Assembly (NCBI GenBank): GCA_964035545.1
Contig: OZ037769.1
Location: 13,546,633 to 13,610,632 of the forward strand
Source: Bugula neritina
Lineage: Eukaryota > Animalia > Bryozoa
Length of the DNA stretch: 64,000 nt
Direction of reading: 5' to 3'
Part shown: positions 1 to 25,300 of the stretch, one piece after another
Layout of the letters: every line of letters starts with the position of its first letter
Numbering within the stretch: the first letter of the stretch is position 1
Notes under the pieces: generated by a model
Told to the model about the DNA's origin: nothing
What the model saw: only the letters and a program-made list of their open reading frames with translations
The model's database searches: none
Program-made: the position numbers and the translations under genes

Positions 1-2755
1 GGATCTTAACATGATGATTTATTTCATGCTATATAAATAATTTCGAAAAAATATATCTTCAAACTGCATCTTTATGACTATATTTCAGATAAAAAGAGGC
101 CTAGTAAAATGATTTGAATTTATACTTTTGATTTTGTTTTTATGACGTTGCTGGTATAATAAAATTTGATATGTATAATATTCATTTACAGCATTTATAT
201 ATTATATAGCTAGTAAATATCATATTTTCTAAATCTCTGGCATTTTTCTACCAGTATATGAGTTGACTCATAGCTGAAATATTGATATTGTTAGAAGATC
301 ATCAATTTTGAAAATTAGTACTTAAAAGTTTATTTATTTTTTAAACAACAAGTCATGAAACAAACAACAGTGTACTGCAAGTTTATGCTTGTATATTAAA
401 CAGAAACTTAATACGACATGTTGACGAGCAACTTTTCATTAGCCTAGCAAATCTGAATATATACTAAAACACTGGCTTATGATACAGCTTCCTCTGAGAT
501 AGTAATTGCTATAGAGGATGGTAAATAACATAATAACAATTAAATTGTGCAGTGACAAATGTTGTGCATAATTAGGCTGATAAACCATCTACCTGTGAAA
601 CAGAGTTACCATGGCAACAAGCTATGTAGCCATGGAACCAAACATCTCTCCAGCTAGCATTCAATGCATAAAACTAGTTCAAATCCTAAGGCATCAACTT
701 TTTTATTTTTTGTTTTGATACCCATGAGCTTAATTGATGAGAAATTTTTTTATAGTTTTTTGGAACTCTAATAGAGAGCTTACTTAGCATCCACCTGGTA
801 AATCTCTTTCGAATTTAAAGCATTTAGTATTTTGATGACATTGTAGTTAATAACATTTTGCGTGTGTAGTCATAAATACTATATATAGCCTTAAAATAGA
901 TAAATACTTTATTCATAGAATAAACAGATCCATCAGAAATCTAACTGTATGGCTGAAGGAAATGTTATATTTAGAATCAGTAGACCTAGGAATATCTATG
1001 GTCACCTTTGGTCACCTTTCACCGCCGTGGTCCTGCGCAGGTGGAATATCTAAGGATATGAAATAATGTTTATATAGCGGTAACAGATCTTCAATTACAA
1101 TTACCATTATACAATGTTACGCTGAAAGCCAATGTCTAAAATATCCCGTTACAGTCTATAAAATATTTTGCAGTTGTCTAGAATGTTCCATGGTTGATCA
1201 CTATAAGCTAAACCTTACATGAAGGCTAGCTATAAGCATTTTAATAAATAAACTGTCACAATAGCCAGGAAATTAATGTGCATTGTGTATTGGGGATTAT
1301 AGATTTACCATTGATATATAATAGACAGCCAGATACTATAATACTTTGGTGACCAGATGACAAACAATGATAACCTCCTTGGATTAATACTATAAAATAA
1401 ACATATTCCTTCCTCCAACCTAATCACTTCTCGTAAACTGATTCTGATGAGAATCACCTCATCAAACCCTTCAGATTAACAAATAACAGATTAGCCAACG
1501 TCTGCAGCGTGGGACAGACTAGCACTAATCTATTTCAAGTGTGGGACACTCAGTAGGTAAATAAACCAAATGAAACTTTATTAGTGCAGCTGTGCTTGTT
1601 AATTAGCAAAATTGTGTTTCTGTCTTACCATGCTTAGCTTCCAGAGATGGGAAAACTGTAACTAGAACAAAACAACCAACATTGGCAAATAAAAAACTGG
1701 TGCTTACATCAAACAAATACTTGAAAAAGTTATTGTTCAAGACTGCAAAAATTTAGTAATATTCAATAAATGTCTATATATTCATTAAATATTATTTATT
1801 TATGTTTAACCATATATATGATAGGCCTATTTATTTGAGTGGTTTTTACAAGTTGAGTACATTATTGCACTACATGCAGTATTCTACCTTATGTAGAAAG
1901 TATTGCATATATATGTATGTTATTTCACTGCAGTACATTTATGTTGATTGTGAATAATGCTATTATATACAAAATATTAATTATAGAAAAATCTAATTTC
2001 TTTTTTGAGTTGAAAATCTCAATAACTACAACACTTCGTACGTTGGTTATACCCGTTATTAAGTTAAAATACTTTAAAAGTTTTTCACCATCATATTACA
2101 ATATTATTTTTCATACAAGCACCACCTAACATATGAGTTATCCAAGTTGAAACATTGAAAAGAAACTAAAGGAAATAGTGGGCCATTAGAAAGAGGTCAA
2201 AAAGTAAACTTTTATAAACCTGGTATGTTGAGACTGCATCCTTCACCCTACCTCATAAACAAACAAAAAACCTAACTGTAGTTGATGTAACTATGGAATG
2301 ATTTGCCGTAAGAAATTAGCCTAATTGAAATAGTTCCCAGACTGTAGGTAAAGGTTGAAACAGCTTTGTTATAATCAACATTTTACAGCTTATATAAGAG
2401 AGAAATTAAGTACATACCTACGTATCTAATTATTCACATATACATTCCTAATGTCCATAAGCTAGCACCTTGTAACACCTGGTGGCTATTTGACACATAG
2501 CCTGTGGTAGAAGTAAACCAGGGGTCACTGCCCTGTGAGTCATTTAGAAGATTAAATTCAGATTTTAATATAATTTATGACCAGTTAAGTTAATAACTAA
2601 CTAAAGAGCTGGTGCAATAAGGATAGAAATTATTTCTTCTGCGGCTAAGTTAGATTTATTTATAAAGCTTCAGAGAAATAGCTGATAATAAATTCTGACA
2701 TATGTCCACTCAATGGATAAGATGCGGTTAGAGCTTTTTATCTTTGTTTCTTTAG

Positions 2756-12808
<10,053 letters not shown>

Positions 12809-14395
12809 ACTACATACATACATACATACTAATCCACTGTATATAAGAAGTAATTACCAGCTTTGCAATTAACTAACTGCTAGAAACTTGGGTGCTGCAC
12901 ATATGTCAGGTTTTTAAAATAATTTTCATTTTTATTAAAACTTATTGTGTTTACTTTTTCCTATGGGTATGTCTTAAAACAAAATATTTTATTTTATTAT
13001 ACTATATTTTATTTTTTGGTACTTAAACATTGCTTACTGAGTCTTAAATGTTTTGTAATGCACAAAAGATTGATTTTAAATAAATTAAATTTTGATCAAA
13101 AGATAATGTGATGTGAGCTTTATAGTGCAAAATGCAAAAGGAATGTAATCATTTCTTAATCAATCATCTAACAATTAAACTATGTACATTCATGACTCAT
13201 CACTTTAATGTTAATGATGAGTCATACGATATTTCTCACCATCCAACTAATGTTGGTGTTGCTATTATACAAGTTAATAATTCAATTTATTTTTCTGAGC
13301 AGTTATTCACAGTTTGCATCCAACACATGAGTTAGACATGTACATTATAGCCTACATGTACATACATGTAAATGTATGTATGTACATATGTGTGTACATG
13401 TACATGGTACATACATACATGTATGTTACAGATGCATTCATCTAAATGTAAATACATATTTAAAACATCATAAATTTTCAAATTATATACAAATTAAATG
13501 TGATATTAATGATTCAGGCTTAGTATAGTAATGTTCAGTTCACCCATGCACTTGGCCTTATTGAGTACCACTCAGTAAATACTACAAGTATTTAAGTGTC
13601 AGTTAGTATTTGTTGCTCATTTGAGTCATACTTGGTATTTACTATACTAACAAGCTAGTGAGTGTTGCTGCATAAGCCACAGTTCAACTCTGGACTTGCA
13701 TACACATGTCTTAGACTTACCCGTGATGGCACTGCTTTACACTAACTCACTAGAAGATTCTTCATGAATACTTATGTTAATTTGCATAATCCCTAATCTA
13801 TATTAATTGAAGAGGAGCGGAGAGAAAACTGGATAAGCTCAGAGATAATCTTCTCGTGGTATATAATGTGTTTTGATTTCGTAACACAAAGAATGAAAGT
13901 TCTGTAGGATTTTTAAAAAAGTTATATGTTTTTGTGACAGATAGAGATTTGTACTGGTCAGTGCTTATATAAGGTACTCGATGTCATCTTGCTAGTACTA
14001 AGTATGCACCTCAGCAATCTTGATTGTCATTAGTTCAAGATCAAGCCTGGCACTAACAAACCTCAGCTGGCAGTTTTTGTTCAAGCTCTCATTTAAAAGA
14101 TCTAGTTTGATAGACGTATATATAATTTAGTTTTTTATTAGTGCAACACACATAAAATAATTAGAGAAATAAATAATTAATCATATCATTGCCAACATAT
14201 AAATACTAAATTCATGAACAATTAAAGCAGAAAAACCTGCAACTTGCACATGATACAGTATTTGTAAAAAGACAGCTTTAACGTTATATATACATAAACT
14301 TTTTTTCAAAAGAAAACTATGGTCTTTGTCAGAATATAGAGAGGCTTTTTTTACTGGAAACTGTTTTTATAGGAAACTGGATTGCAAGCTTGGTA

Positions 14396-17300
14396 TTACT
14401 GTGCGTTGACAGTCCAGGATCTTCTGGTAGACCAGGTTCTACCATCAGCTGTTCTACCTCCCACGTTGAGGGTGACAAGACGATCTCTTTGGGCAGGTTT
14501 AGAGATTCTAGCAGTGGTTACTATCTGGTTGTTGGAGAAGAAGCCATTATTGTTGCCCTTTGGTGAAAACAATAAAATATATGATTAAATTGCATCCTCA
14601 ATGGTCTTGTTTGTAATACTGAGTAAGCATAATAATTTTTATGACATCAATAAAGTTATAAATTGATGCATGTTTTTGCTCGCAAATGAGTGTTCGATAA
14701 AATTTCACATTTGGAAAACATTGGAATTGCTAAAATTGTACTGGTTACAGAGTCTACAGTACCATAGCACTGCGTACTTACATTTCTGCTCAGAGTTGTG
14801 GGACCATTTCCTGCGTTGAACTGTCTGAACGTTCCATCCGGCTGCTGAATGTTCCATTCAAAGATGGAAGGTGGTGGATTACCCCCAGTAATAGTAGCTC
14901 TGATAACATGAGCTCCATTTACAAATCTTATATCTCCATTAATGTTAGCCATAGACTGGGAACCTGAACCACCTAGCTGATTACCACCGCCAAATTGATT
15001 CCCTCCATTCAAGCTATTAAAACCATTACCAGCGTTTAAGTTATTACCAGTGTTGAAGCTATTACCAGTGTTGAAACCGTTTCCGCCACCTAGTCCAATT
15101 TGATTAGTATTTCCAATTGGAAAAGAATTGGATGACTGAAAGCCATTTGATTGAATGCCAGGACCTAGGCCACCACTGTTGAATACACCACCAGAGTTCA
15201 AAGGACCACCAGTGTTGAAAGGACCACCAGAAAGGCCAACACTGTTGGAGCCAATGCCGTTACCACAGCCAAATGGGTCATTACAAAAAAAGCCTCCTGC
15301 ACCTAAGAAATAAAATAATGCATTATTACTCATGAAAATCTGCCATTTTATACCAAAAAAAAAAATGCTTAAAATATATACCAAAAATCTAAAAATTCTG
15401 AACAAAATGTTATTTAGCAAATCTCATTGCTTCAAGGTTGGCTTAAAAATATTACCAACAGAAATAAACCACTAAATAGAAATATTGCTTACTTGATTAA
15501 TGCAAATCATAACAGTAAAGTATTGGACTAAAATAACTGTATATAATAAGCATATGTATTTGTGTAAAATGATTGCTGTATATAAACAAAATGGCGTAAC
15601 TTTACCTCCAGACGAAAGTGCTCCAGCTAAAAGATTTCCATTAATTAGTTGACCTGCAAAATCAAGAAAAATAAATATTTGAATTTTTAACTTTGGCTTA
15701 ATAAGCTCACCAGAACCTTGTCAATCACGTTAAATTTTTATGTTGGGTCGTTTAAACAAATAAATTGACAAATTGTTTTCTATAAATTCATAAATTGTTA
15801 AAAGAAAATAAATCGAATAAAATCTAACTATGGCTGATTATGTGCTTCAAGTTTATAAAGTTTTACAACCAAGTTTATAAAAAAATAGCTATCAAAAGTT
15901 AATTCAAATTTGTATTAAATTACATATATAATGTTTGCAAATATTTTTGCTCATTTATACTGCAAATTATAAATTTGACTGAAAATTCTTTTTAGCCAAC
16001 CGCTAATGGTTGAGCTACAAACTAATGCTTAACAGATTTGGGTTTGCTTTGTATAAGGCATTAAACCATTGTTACATGTCATTAATGCCGTTAGTTTATC
16101 CTGTTCATAAGATAAGATAGCTGGTAATTGTTATTATAGGCAATATTGAAAAGAGCAATACCAAGCAATATGGAAAAAGAGAATATTAATCTAGCATTTT
16201 ATGTAAGCCATTTACATAAATCCTACTTCTATTTCTATACACTAACATGAAATTGAATTTTGCAGTATGATGGGGAAGTTTAAAAAATTTCATAAGCTTA
16301 GTGGTATTTGCTACAACTATTAAACAAGACTCTTTAAAAACAATAATAGCAGCAGCAGTATACAAATTAAGCTATCTGCTTTTTACGAGATATGCCATTT
16401 TTTCCATAAACCTCATGAGAATACTACAAGATTACGTGTGAAAACTGTTAATCTATTTTTGTTAAAACACTTTATAAGCTATTAAAAGTTTATTAAATAT
16501 GGCTAATGAAGCTAAATACACAAATTATTTCAAGAAAAAAACTTCAAACCACAAAAGTTTAATTTTCAAAGTATTAAGCTAATGATACACAGTTCACGAG
16601 CTGGCTCAACGATGGGACATTTGTGTAGATTTACCAGGTTTTGCATTTGGGATTATCATTTGAAGTTGAAGATAATCTCGTTCAATCTCTGTGTAATTAG
16701 CAATATGGCGGAAGAGAGCATTAATACAGCATTAATCTAGCATTTTATGTAAGCAATTTACGCAAATCCCACTACTATCTTGACTTATATAAAATCTGCA
16801 CCAGATGTTTGGATTAAATCATTAAACTGTATAAATTTATAGTGTATTGTCTCCCAGTGTCGGTGAGTCAATGCCCAGTGTGTTTAAAGATGATTAGATA
16901 ATTTATGTAACTAAATGAGTCATAATGACGGTTTATGTAATCATATAGTACTACTTGTTATATAAAAGCGAAACATGAATTCATTGTAAACAAAAACAAA
17001 AGTCATTCATGAAAATTTATAAACTCATGCAACAAAATGATAAACTCTACTCACCAAAACTTCCTAAGATTGATATCAAAAAATGCATTATGCAAGAAAG
17101 ATGCATTGTTTTTCCATTTTTCTTCAAACTTAATACAATGTTTGCAAAGTTTAATTTCTACAGACTTATATTGGCAAGATTGATTGAAAGTGATCTTTAT
17201 TCAGGTAACGAGGCACTAAAGGCTAGACAATTGTTTTAACTAAAATATAGTTATTCTAACATTAAATCTTGCTGACACCAACAACAAACAAACAAATCAA

Positions 17301-17398
17301 CAGATAAGCAAAGAAACAAACGTACCTGCAGAGAAATGCAATAGAGAAAGAGAAACAAACACTGCTATTATTCCACTCTTTTCTTTTTTCACAAACAT
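14396..17398 (-). CDS. Secreted Gly/Asn-rich low-complexity protein (267 aa) with a C-terminal Cys-less Ig-like region
   Basis: Exons 17398-17326 (signal peptide MFVKKEKSGIIAVFVSLSLLHFSA), 15653-15606, 15302-14782 and 14557-14396 (TAA). All are GT-AG and in phase; total 804 nt. Confidence 0.75.
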
Positions 17399-18391
17399 CC
17401 TGTAAATAGAGAATCTATATGCTGTAAAAATCGATAAACTGAAGTGCAGTAGTTTGCAAACCTAGGAATGTGAAGTCTCAAAACATAAATAAGTTATTGT
17501 TATGATGTGACACAGCTTATGTTTAAATCAATAAAGATGTAGCAAAAATAACTTGCTGTGCATGAAACAATTTACTATATAATAAGCAAATTGCTTCAAA
17601 AGTAACTATATACATAAAACATGTAACTAACTTTGTATTTATGTGTAAGCTTGTAGGAAATCAAACCAAAATTTGAATTGACAGCTCTTCAGAGCCATGG
17701 AAACATAAACAAAATAAAATATAAAGCTTCAGTGTATAAAAGGATTTAATAATTATTTTTCCCAAAAAAATATAACATAGGATTTGCATAAATTTCTTCA
17801 GTATGTGTTGTAATAACATAAAAATTGATATTCTAGTTTGAAAAATGCCAAAAAAATACAACTTACATGATTTTAGATCCTTCAATTTCTCCTAGATGTC
17901 TATGACTAACGTGGGCAATGAATGAGATACCTTATCACATAGCTTTCTTTATGTATACATTGTAATGCATAGCTGTGCGTCTCCATGGCAACAAATTCTT
18001 AGAGATTCCAATAAAGTGGATTAGCTGTGCTTGGAATGTTGTGTCACTGGTTGGTGAATAATGGGAAAAGCTAGAGTAATAGTTATATTGTTTTTACAGT
18101 GTCTGATGGTACATGTTATGTTATAGTAAATCCAGCATATAAAGTTGTAATGTAGGCTGAAAAAAATAGAAATAAAGTTATTACGTTTGGAAAGATATAA
18201 TAATTATCTCTTTGTTCACTCGGGCTACCCCAGGCTTTGTGGTTGGGGAAGCTTAGGTTCATGGCTTGCCTGCTGCTCTTTGTGTAGCTTTGAAATAAGC
18301 TTATAATTCAATGAACATTGAAGCTTTTATTACGTAGCTAACTGATTGATCATGTTTCTTAGCTTTAGTTTCAATCATTTTGAACAGTCAG

Positions 18392-21260
18392 AAGAAAGGT
18401 GGAAAGGAAGGTCCAGTTGCCACCAAGTATAGGAAAGGGGCGTGTGACAATTGCGGAGCCATGACTCACTAGAAGAAAGACTGCTTAGTCCACGGTCCAC
18501 GGTATTATCAGAGTTATGTGCTCCTGTACACAATATTATCAGAGTTATGTGCTCCTGTACACAATATTATCAGAGTTATGTGCTCCTGTACACAATATTA
18601 TCAGAGTTATGTGCTCCTGCACACAGTGTAATAAGGTTTTGTGCTCCTGTGTTATCGGAATATATATTTTGTTAGATATTACATTCACTGGTAGACTAGC
18701 TGCATAATTGTGTTTAAAGTTATAAGTCAAAAAATTAGGTTTTGAAAGCAGTAAATGATTTTATATAGTTGGTAACCGTCTTGAAGTGGTTTGCATCCTT
18801 ATAAAGGCTTATTTTTCAACATTGTTGCAAGTGTTTGCGCTATGCAATGCAATATAGTATAGTGCAATCTAATGTAATTTTGGGTGATGTTGTGTAGTGT
18901 AGTTATGTGTTGTGTAGGGAAATGTACCATGATGTAGTTAGTGTTGTGCACTGTAGTGTATGTAGTTGTACATTGTATAGTGTAGTATGCTGTAGCTTAG
19001 CTCTGCAGTGTGTAGTGAAGACTCAATACTAAATACTTCATGCCATTGTTAGAAGAAGGCTCAGAGTTTTTTATTCTTCAAAACCAGTATGCATAGCATT
19101 TCTATCTGTCTCTCTTTACTTTCTGCAAAAGTCTAAATCTTTTGAGCATGCATTGACTTCCTTGGAGATATAGTAGTTATCTTCTCATACCATTTGGTTG
19201 CCAAAAGTGGAACACTTTTTCAACTATTCAAAACTTTTCTGTGAGTTGGTAACATGGTCACAGCTTCAGAGAGGCCATGTTAGGTCTTTAAACCTATTTA
19301 TCATGTTGTAGAAGCCACGTAAAGTGCTTGCAAAATATTCCGGAGCAGACATAAGGCCAGATGAGTATATACCAGAAACCATCAGCTTTGATTATAAAGG
19401 GAAACTGGATGAGTGGAAGTCGTATGACACAGGTAGGTGCGTCTTGCTCTTGGGCTAAATTTTGTTTTTTGTTACTTCTTTTAGGAATAATCAGTAGCAA
19501 TAATCTGCATTATAAACTGTCTTTCAATAGATTTCTTGTAATAGGGTTCTAATAATTACAAATGTTCTGCGAAAGCTGGCTGGGTCTTGGAAACTTTGCA
19601 ACTTTAATAGAACTAAGCTAAATATAGGCTAAGAATTGTTTCTAATTGATTAATTCTTAATAACTAACTGTTCTGATGATCCATAATTATTATCTACGTG
19701 TCAATCTTCATTGTGACTAGAAAACTCTGTGAGGCTGTCACACACCGTCACACTCCAAGGTGGGACACTACGTTACGCTGTCACGCACAACATTGCACCA
19801 TCATCTTTCACTATTTAAACATTTGCAACGAAGAAAAGCAAGAAGAGCATGAGAAACTTGAAGAAGCGAAACGGCAATTGAAGACAACAAAACTAGATCA
19901 GATGATAGAGTCTGGGAGACTTTGGAGATGAAGCAGCAACAACGCAGGCATGCAAGTTGTCAGAGGATTTAGGAAGACCTTGCAAAAGTATGCAATTTGA
20001 TGTTTTACCCACTTTTTGTGTAAAGGAATTACTGTGACGATATTAAAATAATTAATTTTTGTAAAGATAAATTTGACAAGCATAAATTAAATTTAAAATT
20101 AGATACATTGGTGATAATAGGAAGAGCATTCAGTCATAATTTTTCCTATGCCTCATTTAAACAAGTCCTTATAGCCAGTTCCAAAAAAACCCTCTCCATC
20201 AGAGGTTTCTCACAGGGACAGCGACTATAAATCTGCTTGAGGGAGTTGCGTGAGTATAGTACTGAAAATACAATGTCATTAGTATAATATTGATAGTATA
20301 TAGCACTGATACGATCGGCATAGGCTTTTTCTATAGTTTTTGAAGTCGACAGTAGTTCACAATAGTTACATGCAGTTCTACGTTTTGTACCGACTAGGTA
20401 AGCCCTTATCAAATTGTTTGTTTACTTGTAAAGATAGTATATTTCCTTTCCATGTTTTGCTATATAGTCGGGGGGGGAGGGGGGGGGTAGAACTGGAACT
20501 GAAGTTTCTCAAGCTATCTCTTATAAGGGTTGAAAAATATAAAGAAAAACAAGCTAAGCAAGAAGAGGTTTAGGAAAGAGAACGGCAGCGACAGCGAGTC
20601 AGAAGATGAGGAAGCCAAAAGGGAGAGAAAGAACGGAAGGTGAGCTAGAGAGTTCGTCAGTTATTGAGGTCACAGTCTTCAGTTATATTACCATCATTTC
20701 TATAGAATGAGATGGATGGGCAGACAGACTGACGGATAGACATAAAAATTCAATTTAAGCTTAGCTATAGCCTAGCCTATAACTACCTCATGAACAGTGG
20801 TCTCTTAATTACTATAAACACATGATTTACTGATACTAATACTATATACGTATATTACTTATATTATTATGATAATAATTAATATATATTAGTTAAATTT
20901 GTAATATTCTATTATTTATTGTCAGTTTAAATAACAGATTTTAGTCATATATTATGATATATCCTTTACCTATGCATCTAATATATTTATTTATATATTT
21001 ATATATATATATTTATTTTATGAATAAAAAGTATATATAATTTTTTTTCCGCAATACACACCAATTTATATTTAGTTAATAAAACAATTGTAGCAATAAT
21101 TGACACTCTCACAAGGACAAAAGTGCATTTTAATGTTTGCAAAGACTTAGGTTATTTGAAAGAACTATACGCAAGGTAGTCACTGTGTCAGCACGGACGC
21201 TGTATGCTGGTTACGCAGATGCATCAGGATGAATGGAAGAAAGACGCAACTCAACCTTTT
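18392..21260 (+). pseudogene. SLU7: Degenerate intron-containing duplicate of pre-mRNA splicing factor SLU7
   Basis: Colinear fragments [21 protein letters not shown] (in-frame TAG 18470-18472), KPRKVLAKYSGADIRPDEYIP..FDYKGKLDEWKSYD (~19311-19432), EEHEKLEEAKRQLK..KL..MIESG (~19830-19920) and KKRFRKENGSDSESEDEE (~20545-20640) match the SLU7 zinc-knuckle region and C-terminus. The 3' boundary is approximate. Confidence 0.8.
18503..18650. repeat. 31-bp tandem repeat, ~4 copies plus a degenerate one
   Basis: Unit TATTATCAGAGTTATGTGCTCCTGTACACAA. Confidence 0.9.
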
Positions 21261-22354
21261 GCCTAATGTAAACGGTTTATATTTCTCACAAACTTTAACC
21301 TATAACCGTAAAAACATCTTGTTAAATTAACATTAATCAACACAACTATTTCTAACAGAACTTTTAATTAATGAAGTTAAAAACAAAAGATATAGTATAA
21401 TACCTACAATTATTTGGACAACAAAGTTTAAGTTGCCTGCATCTTTAACAAGAAAAAAATTCAGCTGTATACTGACTCATAAAATAAAAACTACCAGTAA
21501 GAAAGCTATTGCCAAAGCTTTCACAAAAAGTTTTCCTCAAACAATACTTTTCTTACAGCTAGAAAAAAAGCTCCTGAAACAGCCACTTTCACTTTTTATA
21601 TGCAGTATGTGGTCTTATTTCACTTGAGCAGTTCTTTTAAGCCATGCAACCATAATGCATTAAAGCCTTCTGTAACTAACAGTGTGTGTGACGAAAAAAC
21701 GTTATGCTTAACTCCATTAAATTTTATACAGGTGTAAGTGCTGGAAAAATGTTGGGAAACTCTTATAATGCAATTACTTTGCATCTATGATGATCTGGAC
21801 GTGAAACGGGTGACAGATGGTCAAGCAGTTTATATAAAGTTTATATAATAACGCAAATATGCATGCAGCATAAAGCTTTTATTATTAGTGTAAAAAGTAT
21901 AAATGTCAGCATTTATTCAACCAGCAAATATAAAAATAGTAGTGCAAAAGCAGTTTATAATAATGATTAAGTCAAATTTTTAGTATTTTTTCAAAATAAT
22001 ATATTGATTAAACCAACATTTGATAATAAATTTAAAGCATTAGCATATCTACAGATTATTAAAATGAGAATTTTAAAATTGACAAAATTTTATGGGAACA
22101 CAGTTAAAATTTAAACACATCCATTTATTTAATGCTTCAAACAAAGTTAAAAAACTATTTAAACAAAATAACATATTTGACAAAAAGTGATATAATTTAT
22201 AGTTCAAAGTCATTATAGAGCTCTTATAACAATCAAAGAATAATACGAGGCACAAAAATGCAGCAAACAAAATATCCCAGAGCATTTTTATTAGCTTTAC
22301 TAATGTATACTATTACTAACTATGTTATTGCATGTACCCTGCCTGCTATATATA

Positions 22355-25300
22355 TTAACTATAGTACTGTACGTAATCATATGCATGGTTGTTATAGTAA
22401 TATGGCTCTGAAAGATTGGGTTGAGTATTTTGTCTTCTCTCTTTCACACCTTTGCCTCTAAAGATATCAAATGAAGCATATATGTATGCATTCATACTGA
22501 TACAAACACTGTGTGTGGTACATTACTAACATTGAGTATGCTGCTAAAAGTTAGAATAACAATGTATGACTATGTGATAAAGAATTTTTCATTTTTTACT
22601 TTTCAGGTAATGAAGTGGTTTAAAATCACAATTGAATATACTATCTATACTATATCACAAGTTGTTAGCTTGCTTTAAGAAAAACTTTTTTCATCATGGG
22701 ATCTTACAGGGATAATGACTATAGACTCGCATAAGTTTTTTATTACACACGTTGCAGTGCTGGTTTCACCAATATATATAAAATAAAACAATTGTACGAG
22801 TATTGTATACTCAACAAATAATAGAGTCAAAAGTTCTCAAAGTGAAAAATAAATTGCTACTTTAATCAACTCTACCTGTTTGTTTTCAGACAGACGTACA
22901 CAGCTATGCTGATACTTGTTACTAAGAGAATGAAACTGACGGAGGACGCAATTCCTATCAAGAGAGGAAGCTGGTTCATAGTAACCTAAAATTTAAACAT
23001 TTGTTCATAGTAAAAGTTTGTTATGTGAACTATTTAGATATTATTACAAAGTAAAAATTAATAGAAATAGTGAATCTCTAAGTATTTAACATAAAAGTGA
23101 ATGGCCAATTTTAGTTTACAGAATCTAGAAATTTTATGTTTTTGAAACATCATCCAGGTTATAAATATTAGAGTTCAGAGTGGTTCTAATTCTAAATTTA
23201 ATTGCACCAACTGCTAATTTGTCAACTGTATAAAAATATAAGTCAGTGTTTGTCAAATACAGGAAATGTAAATCTGGATGTTTTCAGCAGAAAAAGCTCA
23301 CAAGTATAATTGAAAGAAGTGGACTCACTGTGGCTGGAGTTACTGTTGGTTCCACTGTAGTTGTTGGTAGCTGCAACAAAATAAAAATATTCTTGTAAAC
23401 AGAAGCTTAATCACACTTCCTGGTGCCAACTTCCTATTCTGTTGCACTCATGCACATGTTTTCTTTGTTTTTAAATAACTTTAATATGTAGTTTTGCATT
23501 TTATAACAAAAAGTATAGCTATAATATGAATGTTAATCAATAAGTAGAAGTTGTTACGCTAATAAAAATTAAAGTTTTTGGCATTTAAAATTTTCTGTAA
23601 TGATAATAATCCGGACTGCATGATAATAGAACCTGTGCTAATATAGTGTGAGTCAGCAAAGTGTTCTTACTTGAATATTTATCTCAAAACTTTATAACTT
23701 GTAAACATGAAATGTGAAACGAAAACATGCATAAAATGTTTCAAGACTGTTTAATAAATGTGAATCTTAAAATTATTTTATTATTATACATGGTAATACT
23801 TACTAACTATAATTGTTACACTTATATAAGTCATTATCTTCAACTTCTACTATATATGCTTACATATATTACATCACATTTGCTGTACTTACAGTAACAT
23901 ATTGCACATCTATATATTCTGTTATATAATATTATTATGTATTACTATAATGTAGTAATATAATAATATATAGTAGAATATATAGCAGATGTCAAATAAT
24001 ATGTTATATATTACTTATGTTATTATATTACTTACTAACTATAATAATTATACCATATCAATGCCTTTGACATCTGCTATGTATTCTTACATTTTACTTC
24101 ATATTTGCTATACTTACACTAATATATTTGACATTTACACACATATTATTTACTTAGTGTTTGCTATATGTACCTCAATATCTATTTCTGTAATGAAAGT
24201 AGCTGCAACGGGATTAGATACATCTCCGACATTACCAGCAGCATCGACAGCAGCAATTCTGAAGTAATGTGTTTCTACGTCCACTGACTCATCAACACCA
24301 ATGAGAGAGCTATTGATGCTGCCTGATAACAAATACACACAATATTAGCTTATGTAGAGGCTGCTTTGAGTTGCAAAATACAAGCAATGTCAAATAAATG
24401 CTAACGCATATAATGCGTTTATTGGAGGAAAGTGGTTGAAATCACTTTTTCTTTTGTAAAAATTTTGCTGATTGTATAAAAGTTGAATTAATTTTGATTA
24501 GAAATAAACTTATGCTGTGTATATATTGGATTTAAGCCAGTTGTAGTGTTTTGAAAATATAAATAATTTAATGTTTTTCTTTTTTATAATATATGATGAT
24601 GCTACAAGATTTGTGAATTTTAATCGAAACTAATACCTGGAAAATAACAATAATAATAATATATAACTATAAAGCTTTAAATAATATTATGTTTATTGCA
24701 TGCTGCAAAAAACCTAAAACATATGCTAAAACATATAATAAGTAAGTTATTTTGCTGTTTAGTATAGTTTTTATGTTATACGTCCACTTTGTAATTTATT
24801 AAAGCAGGTGATCAACTTAGCCTCTTTGTGAATTTTAGTATTTTATGTTAATGTTTTTTTCTTTCAAGTTCCATAATATTAGACATAATTACAACAGCTT
24901 TATAAAGATAAATAAATTATACCAGTATCAATCTGGAGAGTCAGTGGAGTGCCTGCTGCTACCAGTAAGCTGTCGAGGTCTGTTTTAATTGACTCATGAT
25001 TACTAGGCAGCTCTACCAGGTTGGTTGTTGAAGAGTCATCTGAGACGTAGATTTTGTAACTCGACGCTGAAAATTGAAAAGAATTATGAACTGTTATCAT
25101 TATGACAATGGAGAATACTGTAAAAAGTGAAAGAAACTACTATAGCTCAGAGTTAGGCTAATTTATAGTGTCTGATTACATTTATTAATTTTAATTCAAT
25201 AGACCCTTTTCAGAGGTCCTTGATATCCCCTTTACAATTAGGAGTTGTGTCCTTCCAATATGAATAGGTTGAATAAAGAGCAAACTCATTAGAAATTTAA

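Noticed and set aside
18503-18650. 31-bp repeats as a CRISPR array
   Set aside because: Head-to-tail copies without spacers in a eukaryotic intron-like region.
20100-20240. Similarity to ~33430-33560
   Set aside because: Looks like an ordinary degenerate dispersed repeat; boundaries and class could not be defined.
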